A stretch of 64,000 bases of DNA from Guillardia theta CCMP2712. Its lineage: Eukaryota; Protista; Cryptophyta. The DNA lies in NCBI RefSeq assembly GCF_000315625.1, contig NW_005434589.1:13330-77329 (forward strand), given 5' to 3'. The position numbers and the translations under genes are program-made. Under the pieces are notes generated by a model, which made no database searches, was not told the origin of the DNA, and saw only the letters and a list, made by a program, of their open reading frames with translations. Shown in pieces: positions 1 to 12,739 of this stretch; position 1 is the first letter of the stretch, and the number at the start of each line of letters is the position of its first letter.

Positions 1-89
1 CCTCCTCTTCCTCCTTCCCTCCTCCCCTCCCCACCTCCTCTCTCTCCCCTCTTCCTCCCCCCCTCCTCTCTCTCCCTCTTCTCTTCCTC

Positions 90-265
90 ACCTCAACTTT
101 CTTCCCGCATGCAGGACACGTCATCTCCTGCTGCGCATGCATGAGAGCACCTGCGATCCATTGTCAGAGGCTGCCACCCTCCCCCTCCTCGTTCTCCCCC
201 AATCCTCTTCCTGAGCGCCTCCTCCTCCTCAGCTCTTCCTGTTCCCCCTCCTCCTCACATTCCTC

Positions 266-333
<68 letters not shown>

Positions 334-3300
334 GCTTCTCACTCTCCTCCTCACCTGCACAATTCCTGCAGCAGGACGCGTGCTGGCAATGAAAGCGAAT
401 GTCTGCATCCCCCCAGCAGAAGCCGCAAACTCGCACCTCCTCCTCTCCTCCTCTCCAGCTCAGCCCCTGCCGCAGGAGCAGCTCCTGCAGCTTCCCCTGA
501 GCCTCTTCCACCGTCGCCCTCCGAGCTCTGCACCATTCATTAACCCTCCTTCAGCTCCTGCTCCCGCTCCTGCTCCTCCACGACCTGCTCCTTCAGATCT
601 TCCCCCTCCATGTCCTCGACTTCTCTCTCGTACTTTCTCTCTTCCCTTTCCTGTTCATCCCTCGTCTTTCCTCATTCTTCCCATAATGACGTTTCACTAT
701 CCCCTCCCTCCTCAAAGATCCACCACCACCATTTCCTCCTCTTGCTTCTCCTCCTCCTGCTCCTCCTGCTCCTCCTGCTCCTCCTGCTCCTCCTGCTCCT
801 CCTGCTCCTCCTTTCGTCCTCGTCCCCGTCCTCGTCCTCACCTCCTTGAGCTTGTCAGCGCAGCCGCCATCTTGGCAATCTCTTCCGCCTCCTCCTCACG
901 CCACTCCCCCCGCGGGTCAGCCAACCCCATCGCCTCCTCCCTTCCCGCGAGCAGGTCGCCGCAGCGGTCGAGGAGGAGGGGCTCGGCGGAGGAGGAGGGG
1001 TCGACCAAGGGAAGGCCAGTGAGACAGAGGAGGAGGAGGAGGCCGAGGTCGAACGCATCATTGAGCTCTTCAAAGGATGCGGTGAGGGCCAGGAGAGGAT
1101 CGACGAGTCCCCGCTGCCGCTGCTGTTCGAGGGCGGAGAGGGAGCAGGGAGAGGGCTGGGCAAGCTTGCAAGAGGAGGAGGCGGAGAGGAGGACGGAGGA
1201 GGAGGAAAGGCCTCCGTGGACGCAGCCGCCTGAGTGAAGGAAGCGCAGGGCATCGCTGACCTGTGCTAGGATGCGGACGCGGGAAGTCCAGGAGAGAGGA
1301 GGAGGAGGAGAAGGATGAAGACGGAGGGTGGAGGAGCCGCAGGAGGGAACTTGAGGTAGAAGATGGTCCTGAAGACTCCCGCGGGAGGCGAAGGGGAGGA
1401 GGAGGACGGCCTGGCCGCTGGTCGGGTCGATGGACAGGCCGAGGAAGGGCAGCAGATGGGGGTGGCGGAGGAGCGAGGAGCGAGCGACCGAGGAGACGAG
1501 CGCGTCCTCCGAAACCCCGTGAAGGAGCTTGACGACGCAGACTGGATGGCGGGAGAGGAGGCGAGAGGCGAGGAAATGGCATGAAGCTCCTTCTCTTGCT
1601 CCTGCTCCTGCTCCACTGATCTGAAACAAGGTTAGGAAACTTCGAGGGAGTGAAGAAAGGGCAAAGGAAGCGGAGAGAGAGAAATGGGTAAGGAGGAGGA
1701 GGAGGAGGAGGAGGAGGAGGAGGAGGAGGAGGAGGAGGAGAGGAGGAGGAGGAGGAGAGAGAGAGGAGGAGGGAGGAGGAGGAGGAGGAGGAGGAGGANN
1801 NNNNNNNNNNNNNNNNNNNNNNNNNNNNNNNNNNNNNNNNNNNNNNNNNNNNNNNNNNNNNNNNNNNNNNNNNNNNNNNNNNNNNNNNNNNNNNNNNNNN
1901 NNNNNNNNNNNNNNNNNNNNNNNNNNNNNNNNNNNNNNNNNNNNNNNNNNNNNNNNNNNNNNNACCCTCCTCTTGCTTCTCCTCTCTGTCTTCGTTCTCC
2001 TCAATCCTCGACGCCACAGCGTCTGCACCTGCCCGTCGCTCGAGGCGACTTAGCAGCTTCCCCGCGTACTCAAGGGAGGAGGAGGAGGAGGAGGAGGAGG
2101 AGATTTGCCGGAGGGCGAGCACGAGACGGTCTCGGAGCGGAGGAGCAAGTAGCTTCTGCTCCTCCTCCTCCTTCACTTCTCCTACGATCCTCCAGATGGT
2201 CATCAGACAAAGTCGAACGCCCTCCTCCTCCATAATCCTCTCGCACAAGATGCGAGCAACAACAGCAAAAAGAGCCTCCTCCTCCCCCTTCTCTTCCGCT
2301 CCTCCTGCCACGAGGGAGAACACGCACCGCAACGACTCCACGAGGATTTTCTGCTCCTCCTCCTCTTCCTCCTCTTCCTCCTCTTCCTCCTTCCTCCCCT
2401 CTTCCTTCTCTCCATTCCTCTCCTTCCCTACAGTCCTCCTGTCCTCTCGCGCAGTCAACCAGCTGACGAGTTCTGACTGCAGGACCAGCCTCCTTCCTCC
2501 CCGCGTCGTTGTCAAACTCCCAAGAACCTTGAGGCAAAGTACGATCCTCTCTTTCGACCTCCTCGACATCATCGTCAGCAGCCTTTCCACCCACTCCTGC
2601 TCAGCTGCGTCAGTCTCCTCCTCCTCCTCTGCTGCCTGCAGTCAAGAAACTTTCTTGATCGAAACTTTCTTGATCGCTCTCAACCCGCGTGTCTACTTCT
2701 ATCACCATCTCCTCCTCCTCCCTTCTACTAATTCCTTCTTCCTCCTTCCCTCTCCTCCTGCTCCTGCCCATCCACCTCCTGCTCCTCCCGCACCACCACC
2801 ATCTCCTCCTCCTCCGGACCTTGTAGCAAGAAGAAATTTCTTCCTCCTCCATCTCGACGAGCGTGAGGTTCTTGAGGAGGAGAAGGGAGACTCGCTCCTC
2901 CTCGCTCCCCTCCCGCAGAGAGACCTGCAGGAGAGTGTTCGGGAGTTCGAGTCTGAGCATCCTCCTCCTCGCTTCCTCCGACGAGGCTGAGACGTTGAGG
3001 AGGGTCGTCAGTAGCTTGTGGAGGAGGAGCTGGTCTGAGAGGAGAGGGAGAAGGGAAGCGAGAGGAACGATCGCCTCCTGCAGAAAGACTTCCTCCAGCT
3101 CAGCATGGATGGACAGGCGGACGAACCTAGATTGCTCGTCAGAAGATGATGATGAGAAGGATAAGGAGAAGAAGATGAGAGGAGGAGGGGGAAGGAGGGG
3201 AGGGGGAGGGAGAAGGGGAGGAGGAGGAGGAGAGGAAGAGGAGGGGAGGGGAGGGGAGGGGGAGGAGGGCTGGGGGGAGAAGGAAACGATAAGGTGGTGA

Positions 3301-5298
3301 GGAGAGAGGAGGAGGAAAAGAGGATGAGACATGGGAGTGAAGAAATTCGAGGGGAGGAGAAGGAGGAGGTTGGGAGAAGAGATGCACAGGAGGAGGAGGA
3401 GGAGGAGGAGGAGAGGTGAAAGTGAAGAGAAAGAGAGGAGGAGACAGTGGGGGGAGGGAAGGAGGGAGACGGGAGGAACAAGCAGAGCCCAGAAAGACTC
3501 AGAGAAGCACGGGAGGAGGAGCGACTCACAAATCGAGGAGGGAGGACGAGGGAGGGGACTGAGCTGGAAGCTCTCCTACCTGCGATGAGAGTCAACGAGG
3601 AGGAGGAGGTATGAGAAGAGGAAGACGACGATGAAAAGAGAGGAACGAGAAGAAGTAGAAGCCAGGAGAAGCCGGAGGGAGCAGGGCGGGAAGGAAGGAG
3701 GAAGAGAGAGAGAGCAGGAGTGGGAGGGAGGAGAGGGAGGATAGGGTACGAGGAGAGGAAAGAGGAGGAAGAGGAGGGAGTCTGCAGACCGCAAAGAGGA
3801 GGAGAGATTTCTTGTTGGTCATGTCTGCACTCGGAAGAGTTGCCCTGAGTTGTCAAATCACCTGAGGAGAAGGAAGCAGAGGTGGAGAGTGCGAAGATTG
3901 TAGGGCAGCGATGATGAGGGGAGGGGCAGGAGGGAGAAAAGGATGATAAAGATTGTAGGGAGAGAGCGAGGGAGAGGATGAGCAGGAGGATAAGGAAGGT
4001 GACAGAGAGGACAAGGACGAAAGGAAGGGAGGGAGAACGGGTGGCGGGAGAGCAGAGGGAGGAGATTTTCGTACAATCTGCCCATGATGGTGAGGACACA
4101 GTTGGATATGTCTTGCCCTCCCTCCTCCGAGAGTTGTTGTCCCTCCTGATACGACAGCGTGAGGAAGGAGGAGGGGTCCGGCCCAGGCGAAAGTAGTACC
4201 CTCCTCTTCCTGACGCTCCTACCTATAGCCACCAGCTCCTCCTCCCACCCTCTGCTCGCCATCCGCTCTTGGACGTCCCTGTCTGCTGGTGAGGACACGA
4301 AGGAAAGGAGGGAGAGGCGGGAGAGGAGGGAGAGGAGGGAGAGGAGGATGGAGATCACGGAGGGGGGAGGAGAGGCAGGGAAGGTGAGGATGGAGGGGGA
4401 TGGGGCGGGGAGAGGGGGAGGGAGGGAGGGTAGAAGATGAAAAACCTCTCCATGCTCAGAACTTCGAGCACGCTTACAGCAAGCTTGACCACCTCCTCCT
4501 CCCCGCTCTCCTTCCCTTGAAAAATGAGCTCCTCCACCTGCGCCCGCTCACCGTCTCCTCCTCTCTCTCGCTCTCTGGGGGTTACCAACTCCTCCTCCTC
4601 CCCGATCACTCGCCGCGCGCTGCTGTCTACCGCCATGTTGCTCATCGTCCTCAGACAGAGGGTGCATGCTCTTGCCCCTCCTCCTCCTCCTCCTCCTCCT
4701 CTCCCTTCCCGCAAGATGGGAATCAGAGTTCCTCCTACTCTTCCTGCCATCCTCTGCCTGATCGGAGGACATATCGCCAGGTTCTGCATGCAGGACAGCA
4801 GCTGGTCGGCCACCGAGTAGGCTCCATGGCGATGCGATCGATCGAGGAAGGAGAAGACACGCTCGAGCTGCAAGACATGCTCAGAGACAAGTAGGGGCAG
4901 GGGCAGGGGCAGGGGCAGGGGCAGGAGCAGGAGCAGGAGCAGGAGCAGGGGCAGGGGCAGGGGCAGGGGCAGGGGCAGGGGCAGGGGCAGGGGCAGGAGC
5001 AGGGGCAGGGGCAGGGGCAGGGGCAGGGGCAGGGGCAGGGGCAGGAGCAGGAGCATGATTTTACCATGTCGTGCTGCAGGAAGAAAGCATCGGGATGATC
5101 TAGAGCCGAGAACTTCATCATCATCCTCATGGCCAACGACAAGTTTGGCTCCTGCCAGCTCTCCGTCCCCTCCATGGCTTCGATGCAGGCCGCCGCCACC
5201 GCTGCCATGCACTCTTCCTGCGCCAGGACATCCTTTCCCTCTTGCATGTACCGTGCGAGCACATGCTCGGCTGTTCCTTCGGCGTACTCTACTCCCAT
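90..5298 (-). CDS. Multi-exon ARM-repeat / Pelle-RLCK-like pseudokinase / RING-finger protein (3' end runs off the window; 5' end uncertain)
   Basis: Helical ARM-like exons at ~2000-4880 (LLSCMQNLAICPPIRQRM, LCLRTMSNMAVD, LLTTLLNVSAS). Kinase fold at 840-1620 (VCVVKLL, LRHPHLLPFLG, GSLQDHL, LSWTSRVRILAQVSDALRFLHS, LLLCLTG). RING reconstructed across GT-AG intron 151-354: CGFC..CQH..CRNC..G|ALMHAQQEMTCPAC. One N gap lies inside the gene. Confidence 0.65.
4894..5054 (+). repeat. (GGGGCA)n/(GGAGCA)n hexamer microsatellite in an intron
   Basis: Directly visible tandem hexamers. Confidence 0.95.
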
Positions 5299-6063
5299 GC
5301 TCTTGATACCTCCTATCCTCCTCCCTCCTCCCTTCCCTCCCTCCTCCCTTCCCTCCCTCCTCCCTTCCCTCCCTCCTCCCTTCCCTCCCCCCTCTGTCCT
5401 CCCTCCCTCTCCTCCCTGGTGCCTGCTTTCACCTCACTGGCTCCCTGACTCCCTGATCCTACCGTCTCCTCCTCCGCTCTTCCTCCGCTATCTTCCCTCT
5501 CCCTCACCCTGCTCCCGGATCAATTCCTACAAACCCTGCCCTTCCGCCCCATCCCGACATACTGAAATGCCCGACCCTGACCTCTAACCCCCCCGCCCCC
5601 GCCCCCGCCCCCGCCCCTCCCCTCCTCCTCTCTCCTACTCCTCCTCCTCTCTCCNNNNNNNNNNNNNNNNNNNNNNNNNNNNNNNNNNNNNNNNNNNNNN
5701 NNNNNNNNNNNNNNNNNNNNNNNNNNNNNNNNNNNNNNNNNNNNNNNNNNNNNNNNNNNNNNNNNNNNNNNNNNNNNNNNNNNNNNNNNNNNNNNNNNNN
5801 NNNNNNNNNNNNNNNNNNNNNNNNNNNNNNNNNNNNNNNTCCTCCTCCTCCTCCTCCTCCTCCTCCTCCTCCTCCTCCTCCTCCTCCTCCTCCTCCTCCT
5901 CCTCCTCCTCCTCCTCCTCCTCCTCCTCCTCCTCCCTCCCTCCCTCCCTCCTCCCTCCCTCCCTCCCTCCCTCCCTCCCTCCCTCCCTCCCTCCCTCCCT
6001 CCCTCCCTCCCTCCCTCCCTCCCTCCCTCCCCTCCCCTCCCTCCCTCCCCCTCCTCTCGTCAT

Positions 6064-7464
6064 ACCACTCGCTCCACGACTTGCGTGACCGGAACCTCTT
6101 TAGTGATCACTCTGTCCACGTAGCGGATGGTCGGCACCTCCTTGATCACCTCCACCTGCAGGCCGCAGTCAGCTCAGCTTCAGCTGGACATCTGAGCAAT
6201 CTTCCCTACGCTGAACAACGCGATCAACAGGAACCTCCCTGATCACTTCCACGATCTGCCATGTTCGTTCAGTGAATCCTCCTTCACCCGGGACTTCCAT
6301 ACCCGCTCGACATACTTGTCGACCACGATCTCCTGGACCTCCTCCTTCAGCACCTCCTTCTCGTAGACAACCTCCTTCTTGATCTCCTGCAGCCCGACAC
6401 TGTCTTCAGCCCTCGTACGTGCCTAGTCAACCTGCAATGCACACCTGGATAACAGGGACGACTTGGGTGATCTTGATGTCTTTCTCAAGGTGCTTCTCCT
6501 CCACCTTGATAGACTCAACGTTCCTTTCCACCACCTGCTTACAGTCATCAAGGCGGCAAGCGGGTCGGGGGAAACAAGCACTTTGTCCATGGGCACCCTA
6601 TGGAAAACTTCCACTATTCGCTCAATAGGCTTGTCCACCACAGTGACGCTGGTCTGCTCGGTAGGGATGACAGGGTTCCAATATCTGGAAGCAAAGTTCA
6701 GCGCAAGAGGGAGGAGGGGAGGTAACTCGGAGCACTTGTTCGGGTCGGAGCTCCTCTTGAAGGAGACGGGGTTGACCGAGGTCACCACGCTGTTCCCGTA
6801 TCCTCTCTGGAAGTTGACATTGATATCCGTGTTGAATTGCCGCAGGGTCTGATGCTTTGAAGAGACATCTCTGTTCTCTATGTTGTATCCGCTCACCGCC
6901 TGTTAACATCAAAAAGGATCAATCAACAAAGAGCACCAGAGCTACAGCACTCCGCCTCACCCAAGATTGCATCTTCTGGTCGGGAGACAACCTCTGTGAG
7001 GTAGATTCTGACATCTGCAAAGGGGAAAGACTATAATCAGTACATTGTGTTTCATTGCTGAAAGCACTGCTCTTCCATTCTTAATCTGTTTTCTTTCCTT
7101 CAAAGCCGCAAACATTTTTGGTACTCAACCCACCAACTAACCAAACACCTTCCACTCGAGAAGAAAACCTTCACGTCTTCCCACTTGAACTTCAAGTCAG
7201 CTCAGCACTCCTTCTACTTTGAGAAGCAAGGCTCTCTGGAGACTGACCGGAGTTGATGTTCTGAATCCATATGGACAACACTGACGAATCGACACATCTA
7301 GCCTCTCCTCCCCTCCGTCCTCTCCTCCTTCTTTCCAACTTCCCTCGCTTGACGTTCTATCATGCAAAGTCTACCGTGCTCTGCTTCAATCATCGTTCGT
7401 CCTCACTGTCTCTAACATCAATCTCGCGTCCTGCACCTTCCTTGGATTCCTGCAATCTTTCCAT
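6064..7464 (-). CDS. Epiplastin/articulin-like V/E/K-rich membrane-skeleton protein (multi-exon; 3' end probably lost in the gap)
   Basis: Short exons read VVDKPIERIVE, EIKKEVVYEKEVLKEEVQEIVVDKYVER and VEVIKEVPTIRYVDRVITKEVPVTQVVERV. Putative start gccATGG at 7464. Confidence 0.7.
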
Positions 7465-8325
7465 GGCGCGGATCGCTACAAGCATTGTAAATAATACGAA
7501 AAAGATTCTTTTGGATATTTATAATTTTACAATGAGTACCTGAAGTGACCACCAATTTTCAAAGCTTTCTTCGAATATTTCAAAATAACCAATAAATATT
7601 CAAATACCAGTTGTAACCTACACAATTGGACGGGAGAAAGACAACATTGCGTAATTTGAATCCTCCAAAATTTGAAGACAAGAGATAAAATTTCAAAACA
7701 AATTGAATTCAAAAATAGTTTTAAACCTCCGACAGAGGACAAACACCCATCCGCCCCTTCATTACACAACTACGGACCCCCCACCCCTGTGACGATAGTA
7801 CCCCACCCACTCGTTGAGATTCAGGATTGACACCCTATACTCTTGAACCCACTGGACTACCCCTCCTTTCACAGACCCTAGGAACGAAAATGACCTCTGT
7901 CTTCCACCACCTACCCAATCATGTTCTACCCCCACCTACCCAATTTTGTATCCCCTAAGACGTAAATGTTACCACCCACCTCACCTCGTCAATGGGATCT
8001 ACTTGCAACGAGAGGGTAGGGTTGAAAGATGTTGTGCTAGTTGCAGGGTGGGTACTCGGATTGTGGGTAGGGGTACAGGTACCGTCGGGGTACAAGTCTT
8101 GTCATGAGGATGAGGTGGGTGGAAGGTGGAAAATGTGGGGGGTAAGGGTAGAGATTCCAAACAAAGACATTGATATGACAGGGGTAGTCTAAAAGTTGTC
8201 CACACGCCAGGACTGGGTGGGGTAGGGGGTTGTTGGGAGGTAGGGGAAATCTCGGAAGGTATTAAGGGTGGGTACTGAGAAAAGTACGAGTGGGGTAGGG
8301 GTAGTATCCCTTGTGGGAATCGGCG

Positions 8326-8637
8326 ATGGCAGGGCGAAGCCCGCTCCGAGCGTATGGGGAGGCGAGAGGAGCGCCGCTAGAGTCGTTCGGAGGATCGAGG
8401 ATCGATGACATGGACCATGGAGCTCGGCCGATGGAGACGCATGAAAGGCTCTTGTCTATCGAGAAGCCCATCGAGAAGCCCATCGAGCGCTCTGTCCCAG
8501 TCCAAGTGCCCCGCCTTGTGGTGAGGAGAAAGTCGGCGATAGATGGAGTTAGGAGAGAGGGTAGTGTCTGACGTGATTTGAGGAGGAGGTGGTGGTGGTT
8601 GGTGGTGGTTGGTGGTGGTTGGTGGTGGTAGTGGAGA

Positions 8638-8709
<72 letters not shown>

Positions 8710-10204
8710 AGGTGGTTGTAGTGGTGGTGGTGGTGGTGGTGGTGGTGGTGGTGGTGGTGGTGGAGGAGGAGGAGGAGGAGGAGGAGGAGGAGGAGGTAGT
8801 GGTGGTGGTGGTGAAAGAGGATTAGAAGCTGGTGGGTTTGGAGGAGGATCTCATTGAACTTTTTGTCCATCGTGCAGGAGAAGGTTGTTGAGCGAGGCAA
8901 GCACGTGGAGTGCGTGACCACGCACGAGCGACCAGTGGTTCAGTACGTCAACAAAGTCGTGCAAATCGTGAAGGAGGTGCCGGTCGAGAAGATTGTGGAG
9001 AAGCCGTTCGTCCGCAAGATTGTTCGGGAGAGAATCATCGAACAGGTCGTGGAGGTGATCAAGGAGGTACCGGTAGAGAGGATCATTGAGCAGGTGCGGA
9101 GTTCTCTCCTTGCCTTCTCTCTTTATCTCCCCTCCTCTGCGCTCTTCTGCTACCCCCGCTCTCCACCGCTCACTTCTGCTCTACTCTCCCTCACCCGCTG
9201 TCACCTTGTGACTCCCTTGTGCCCAGATCGTGGAAGTAGAGAAGGAGGTGCCGGTGGAGAAGGTGGTGGAGAGGATCCATGTGCAGGAGGTGCCAGTCAT
9301 CGAGACGGAGGAGCGGGTGGTGGAGGTAGTCCGAGAGATCCCCGTCGAGATTGTCAGGGAGGTCCCAGTCTACATCAAGATCGACCCCGCCGAGTGGGAG
9401 TCCCGCCACTCCCTCCGCTCCTCCTCCGCCATTGGAGGCGTCGGCCTGCGCCTGGAGAGGTTCGAGACTGGCCCTCAGGCCGGCAACGTGTACGTGGTGG
9501 AGGTGGTGCCGGGATCGCCTGCTGCGGACTGCGGAGTGATCAAGCTCCACGACCTTCTGGTCAGTGTGGACGGTCGAGCGGTAGAGCGGCACAACCTACA
9601 AGAGCTGCACCAGATGATCAGAGGGCCTGCTGGCACTCCGGTGGTGCTGGAGCTGAAGAGGACGGGAAGGCAGAATCAGCAGGTGACACTCTACCGCACC
9701 AGCCAGCCTTCTTTCATGCGGCTGTCAGACAAGGCTCCGGTGGGTAGGATCGTTACGTCGCAGGAGCTGAGGTGAGGGAGGGGAGGAGGGTTTGCTCCTA
9801 TGGTGCTGTGGGAGAAGTTCGATGCCTGATGTTGTTTCTCGCTGCCTCATCCTCCTTCATCCCATCTTTGCCCCTTGCTTTTGTTTGTCGGCTCTCGTGG
9901 CTTCATGGAAACTCATCTGAAATCTATTCCTACAAACTGACGTTTTCCTTCTCCTCCCAACTCGTCCTCCTTATCTTACAACGTTCCCTGCTGCTGCTCT
10001 GTAATGCTGCCGCTGCTATGTACCTTCTGTCGTCCTTATTGTTGTTCTAGCCCCCTCTCATTCCATTGGCTCCAAGCTGACAGCAGTGGCTCGCAGGCAG
10101 ACGGGAGAGATCAGGAACGGGTACAGCTCGCAGCAAATGTACTCGCAAGGCATGGATGTGACCCAGGCGACCCTCTGAGTGTAAAAAAGTTTCTGCCGCA
10201 GTGA
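8326..10204 (+). CDS. Epiplastin/articulin-like protein with C-terminal PDZ domain (multi-exon)
   Basis: Repeats KEVPVEKIVEK, KEVPVERIIEQ and REIPVEIVREVPV are followed by a PDZ domain (GGVGLRLE..VYVVEVVPGSPAADCGVIKLHDLLVSVDG..IRGPAGTPVVLELKR) at ~9430-9665. Last exon uncertain. Confidence 0.8.
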
Positions 10205-10346
10205 ATTACTGAGATATTTGAGATCTGCCGCTGCCCCTCCTCATTCTTCCTCCTTACATCCTCCTCCACATCTTCCTTCTCCCCGTCCTCCTCCCCTTCG
10301 CTCGCCACCTCCTCTTCTCTGCCATTGACCATGTCCTGCGATTCTT

Positions 10347-11432
10347 CTACAGCGCAACTGAGCAAGATACCCCGAGGGTTTCCTGCGCCACCCGGCGAGT
10401 TCGGATGGGGTCGAGCTTGTTGCCGTACAGGAAGACACTACGAAGGCTCTCGAGCCCCCGGACGCGGCGGAGCAGCAGAGAGACAGCGTCCTCCCCTATC
10501 ATGTTGTTGTTCAAGTGTAGCTCCTCCAGACCCGAGCGAGAGGAGAGACTATCGCCCAGCCTCCTGCATCCTCCGTCGCCCACGTCGCATCCGTCCAACT
10601 TCAACACCCGAAGGCCCTCCATGCCCTCCATGCTCGTGCTCAGGGCCGCCGCCCCCACGCATCCGATGGCGTTCCCTCCCACGTCCAACTCCTCCATTCT
10701 GCAGCAGGCCAGGAGGCCTTGCGCCATGCACAAAGCTCCTGCTGGGCCGATGTTGATCATGCGGGCGAGGAGGAAGCGCAGGGAAGGGAGCAGGAGGAGG
10801 GAGGAGGAGAGGAGGGGAGCGACGAAGTCCCCGACATCGCAAGAGCTGATGTCGAGGAGGGAGAGTTGGGAGCATCGCCCAACGGCCAGTGAAGCCCACA
10901 GCAGCTCGTACTGGAGCCTCTCTCCTCCTCCAAGACGAACTTCCTCCTCATGGGGAGAGAGCGAGAGATTGTTCAGTTCCTCCACCTCCTCGCGCGCCAG
11001 GAAGGAGCCCAGGAAAACCTGCAGACGTTCAACTCTCCTCCTGTCGCTCTCCCTCCCCTGCCCTCCCGCCCCCTGCCCTCCTCTTCCTCCTATCTCCATC
11101 TCCTCCCCTTCTCTACCTAGCTTCTCTCTCCACCATCCACCATCCTTCTCCTCCGTTCCACCTTGCCATATCCTCCCTTCTCCCTCTCTCCCTCTCTTCA
11201 TCTCTTGCATCCCGCCTGCCTCCTGTTCGTCCTCCCCTCTCCTGGGACTGCTAACTTTCTTCGAGGGGAACAAGAGACTCACATGTTCGTAGGAGGCGCG
11301 CAGGAGAGGAGAGAGGAGGCGGAGGTCCAGGCGAGAGGTGCGGGGAGGAGGAGCAATGCCGTTCAAGCTGTAGAACGATGAGGACGAAGGCTAAATGTCG
11401 AGCAAGAGGAATAGGAAAGTTCGAGGGAGGGG

Positions 11433-11480
<48 letters not shown>

Positions 11481-12120
11481 AAGGTGGAGCGGGAGCAGCG
11501 AAGGAGCAAGCAAAGGAGGAGAAGGAAGGGGAAAGTGCGGGCTACCTAGTAAGGCTTGTTAGCTTCAGCATGCAGACGTCAAGCAGCGCCGCCCAGTCCT
11601 GCTCCATGTGGTTGTCCCGGAGGTCGAGGAGGGTGAGGGAAGGGTTCTGCGGGAGGATGGAGGAGAGGACGACAGCTTCCTCGGACTGAAGCTTGCAGCC
11701 TCGGAGATCGAGGGAAGAGGCCGAGCAGAGAACTGGAGGGTAGAGCTCGCAGTTGATGTTCACGAACCTGCCCTCCTCCTCAGTCTGCAGTATGAGGAGG
11801 ACGGCAAGGAGACTTACCTCAGGTTGTTGCTCACGGATGGGAGGAGAAGCTTGAGAATGTCGGGCCCCGCGTCCCACCCGTCGAGGTTGGGGAGAGTCTT
11901 GTGCTGGGAGAGGAGGAGGAGGAGGTCGCTGGGGTGTCTCCTCTGCATGGCGTTGCTGTTGGATGGCAGTGAGAGCAGCAACACAGGAGGAGCAGAAGAG
12001 ATGCGATAGAGTGAGGGAAGGTAGTGGAGGAGGAGCAAGTAAACAGCAGGAGGATGAGCACGAAGGGGAGGACAAGGAAGACGAGGAGAAGGACGAGGAC
12101 GAGGAGGACGAGGACGAAGA

Positions 12121-12207
<87 letters not shown>

Positions 12208-12525
12208 GGAGTATCTTTTACCTTCCAGTGCGGAAGTAAAGTTGAGGAATGTGAGGAAGGGAGAGGAGGAACTCGAGCAGGACAGATGCTTGTTCGCAAG
12301 AGGTCTCCACGGGGATGTCGACAGACTGCAGACATCGAGTAAGAAAAGGCGAGAGAAAAGAGCCATCAAACAAGAGCAGGAGGAGCGAGAGAGGTGGGAG
12401 GAAGGAAGGAGAAGGTGGGGGGGGGAGCAGAGGAGAGGATACAAGACATACTGCATCTCCGTTGCCGCCAGCCACGTGCCAGGGAAAGGAGCTAAACAAC
12501 CCGCTCCTGATCCTGAAGCATCCAT
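10347..12525 (-). CDS. Ribonuclease-inhibitor-type leucine-rich-repeat protein (multi-exon; 5' boundary uncertain)
   Basis: ~28-aa LRR units: LSLLDISSCDVGD, MEELDVGGNAIGCVGAAAL, LRVLKLDGCDVGDGGCRRL, LEELHLNNNMIGEDA, LTLLDLRDNHM. Confidence 0.7.
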
Positions 12526-12739
12526 GAGTTAGTGAGGAGAGATGGAGAGGAAAAGAATGGGAAGGAGTTAGAGGAGGGAGCAGCAGACTTAGAGAGGAGG
12601 AGAGGAGGAGCAGGAGGAGAAGAGAAGGGGCAGGGGCAGGAGGAGAAGAGAAGGGCCAGGGGCAGGAGGAGAGGCAGAAAGTCGTGGAAGGAGGAGAGAT
12701 GAGATGGACAGAGGAAGGAGAGAAACATTCAGCAGGACC

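Noticed and set aside
4735-5060. CPCPCP / LPLPLP ORFs as metallothionein-like proteins (also 30072-30266)
   Set aside because: They are translations of intronic hexamer microsatellites.
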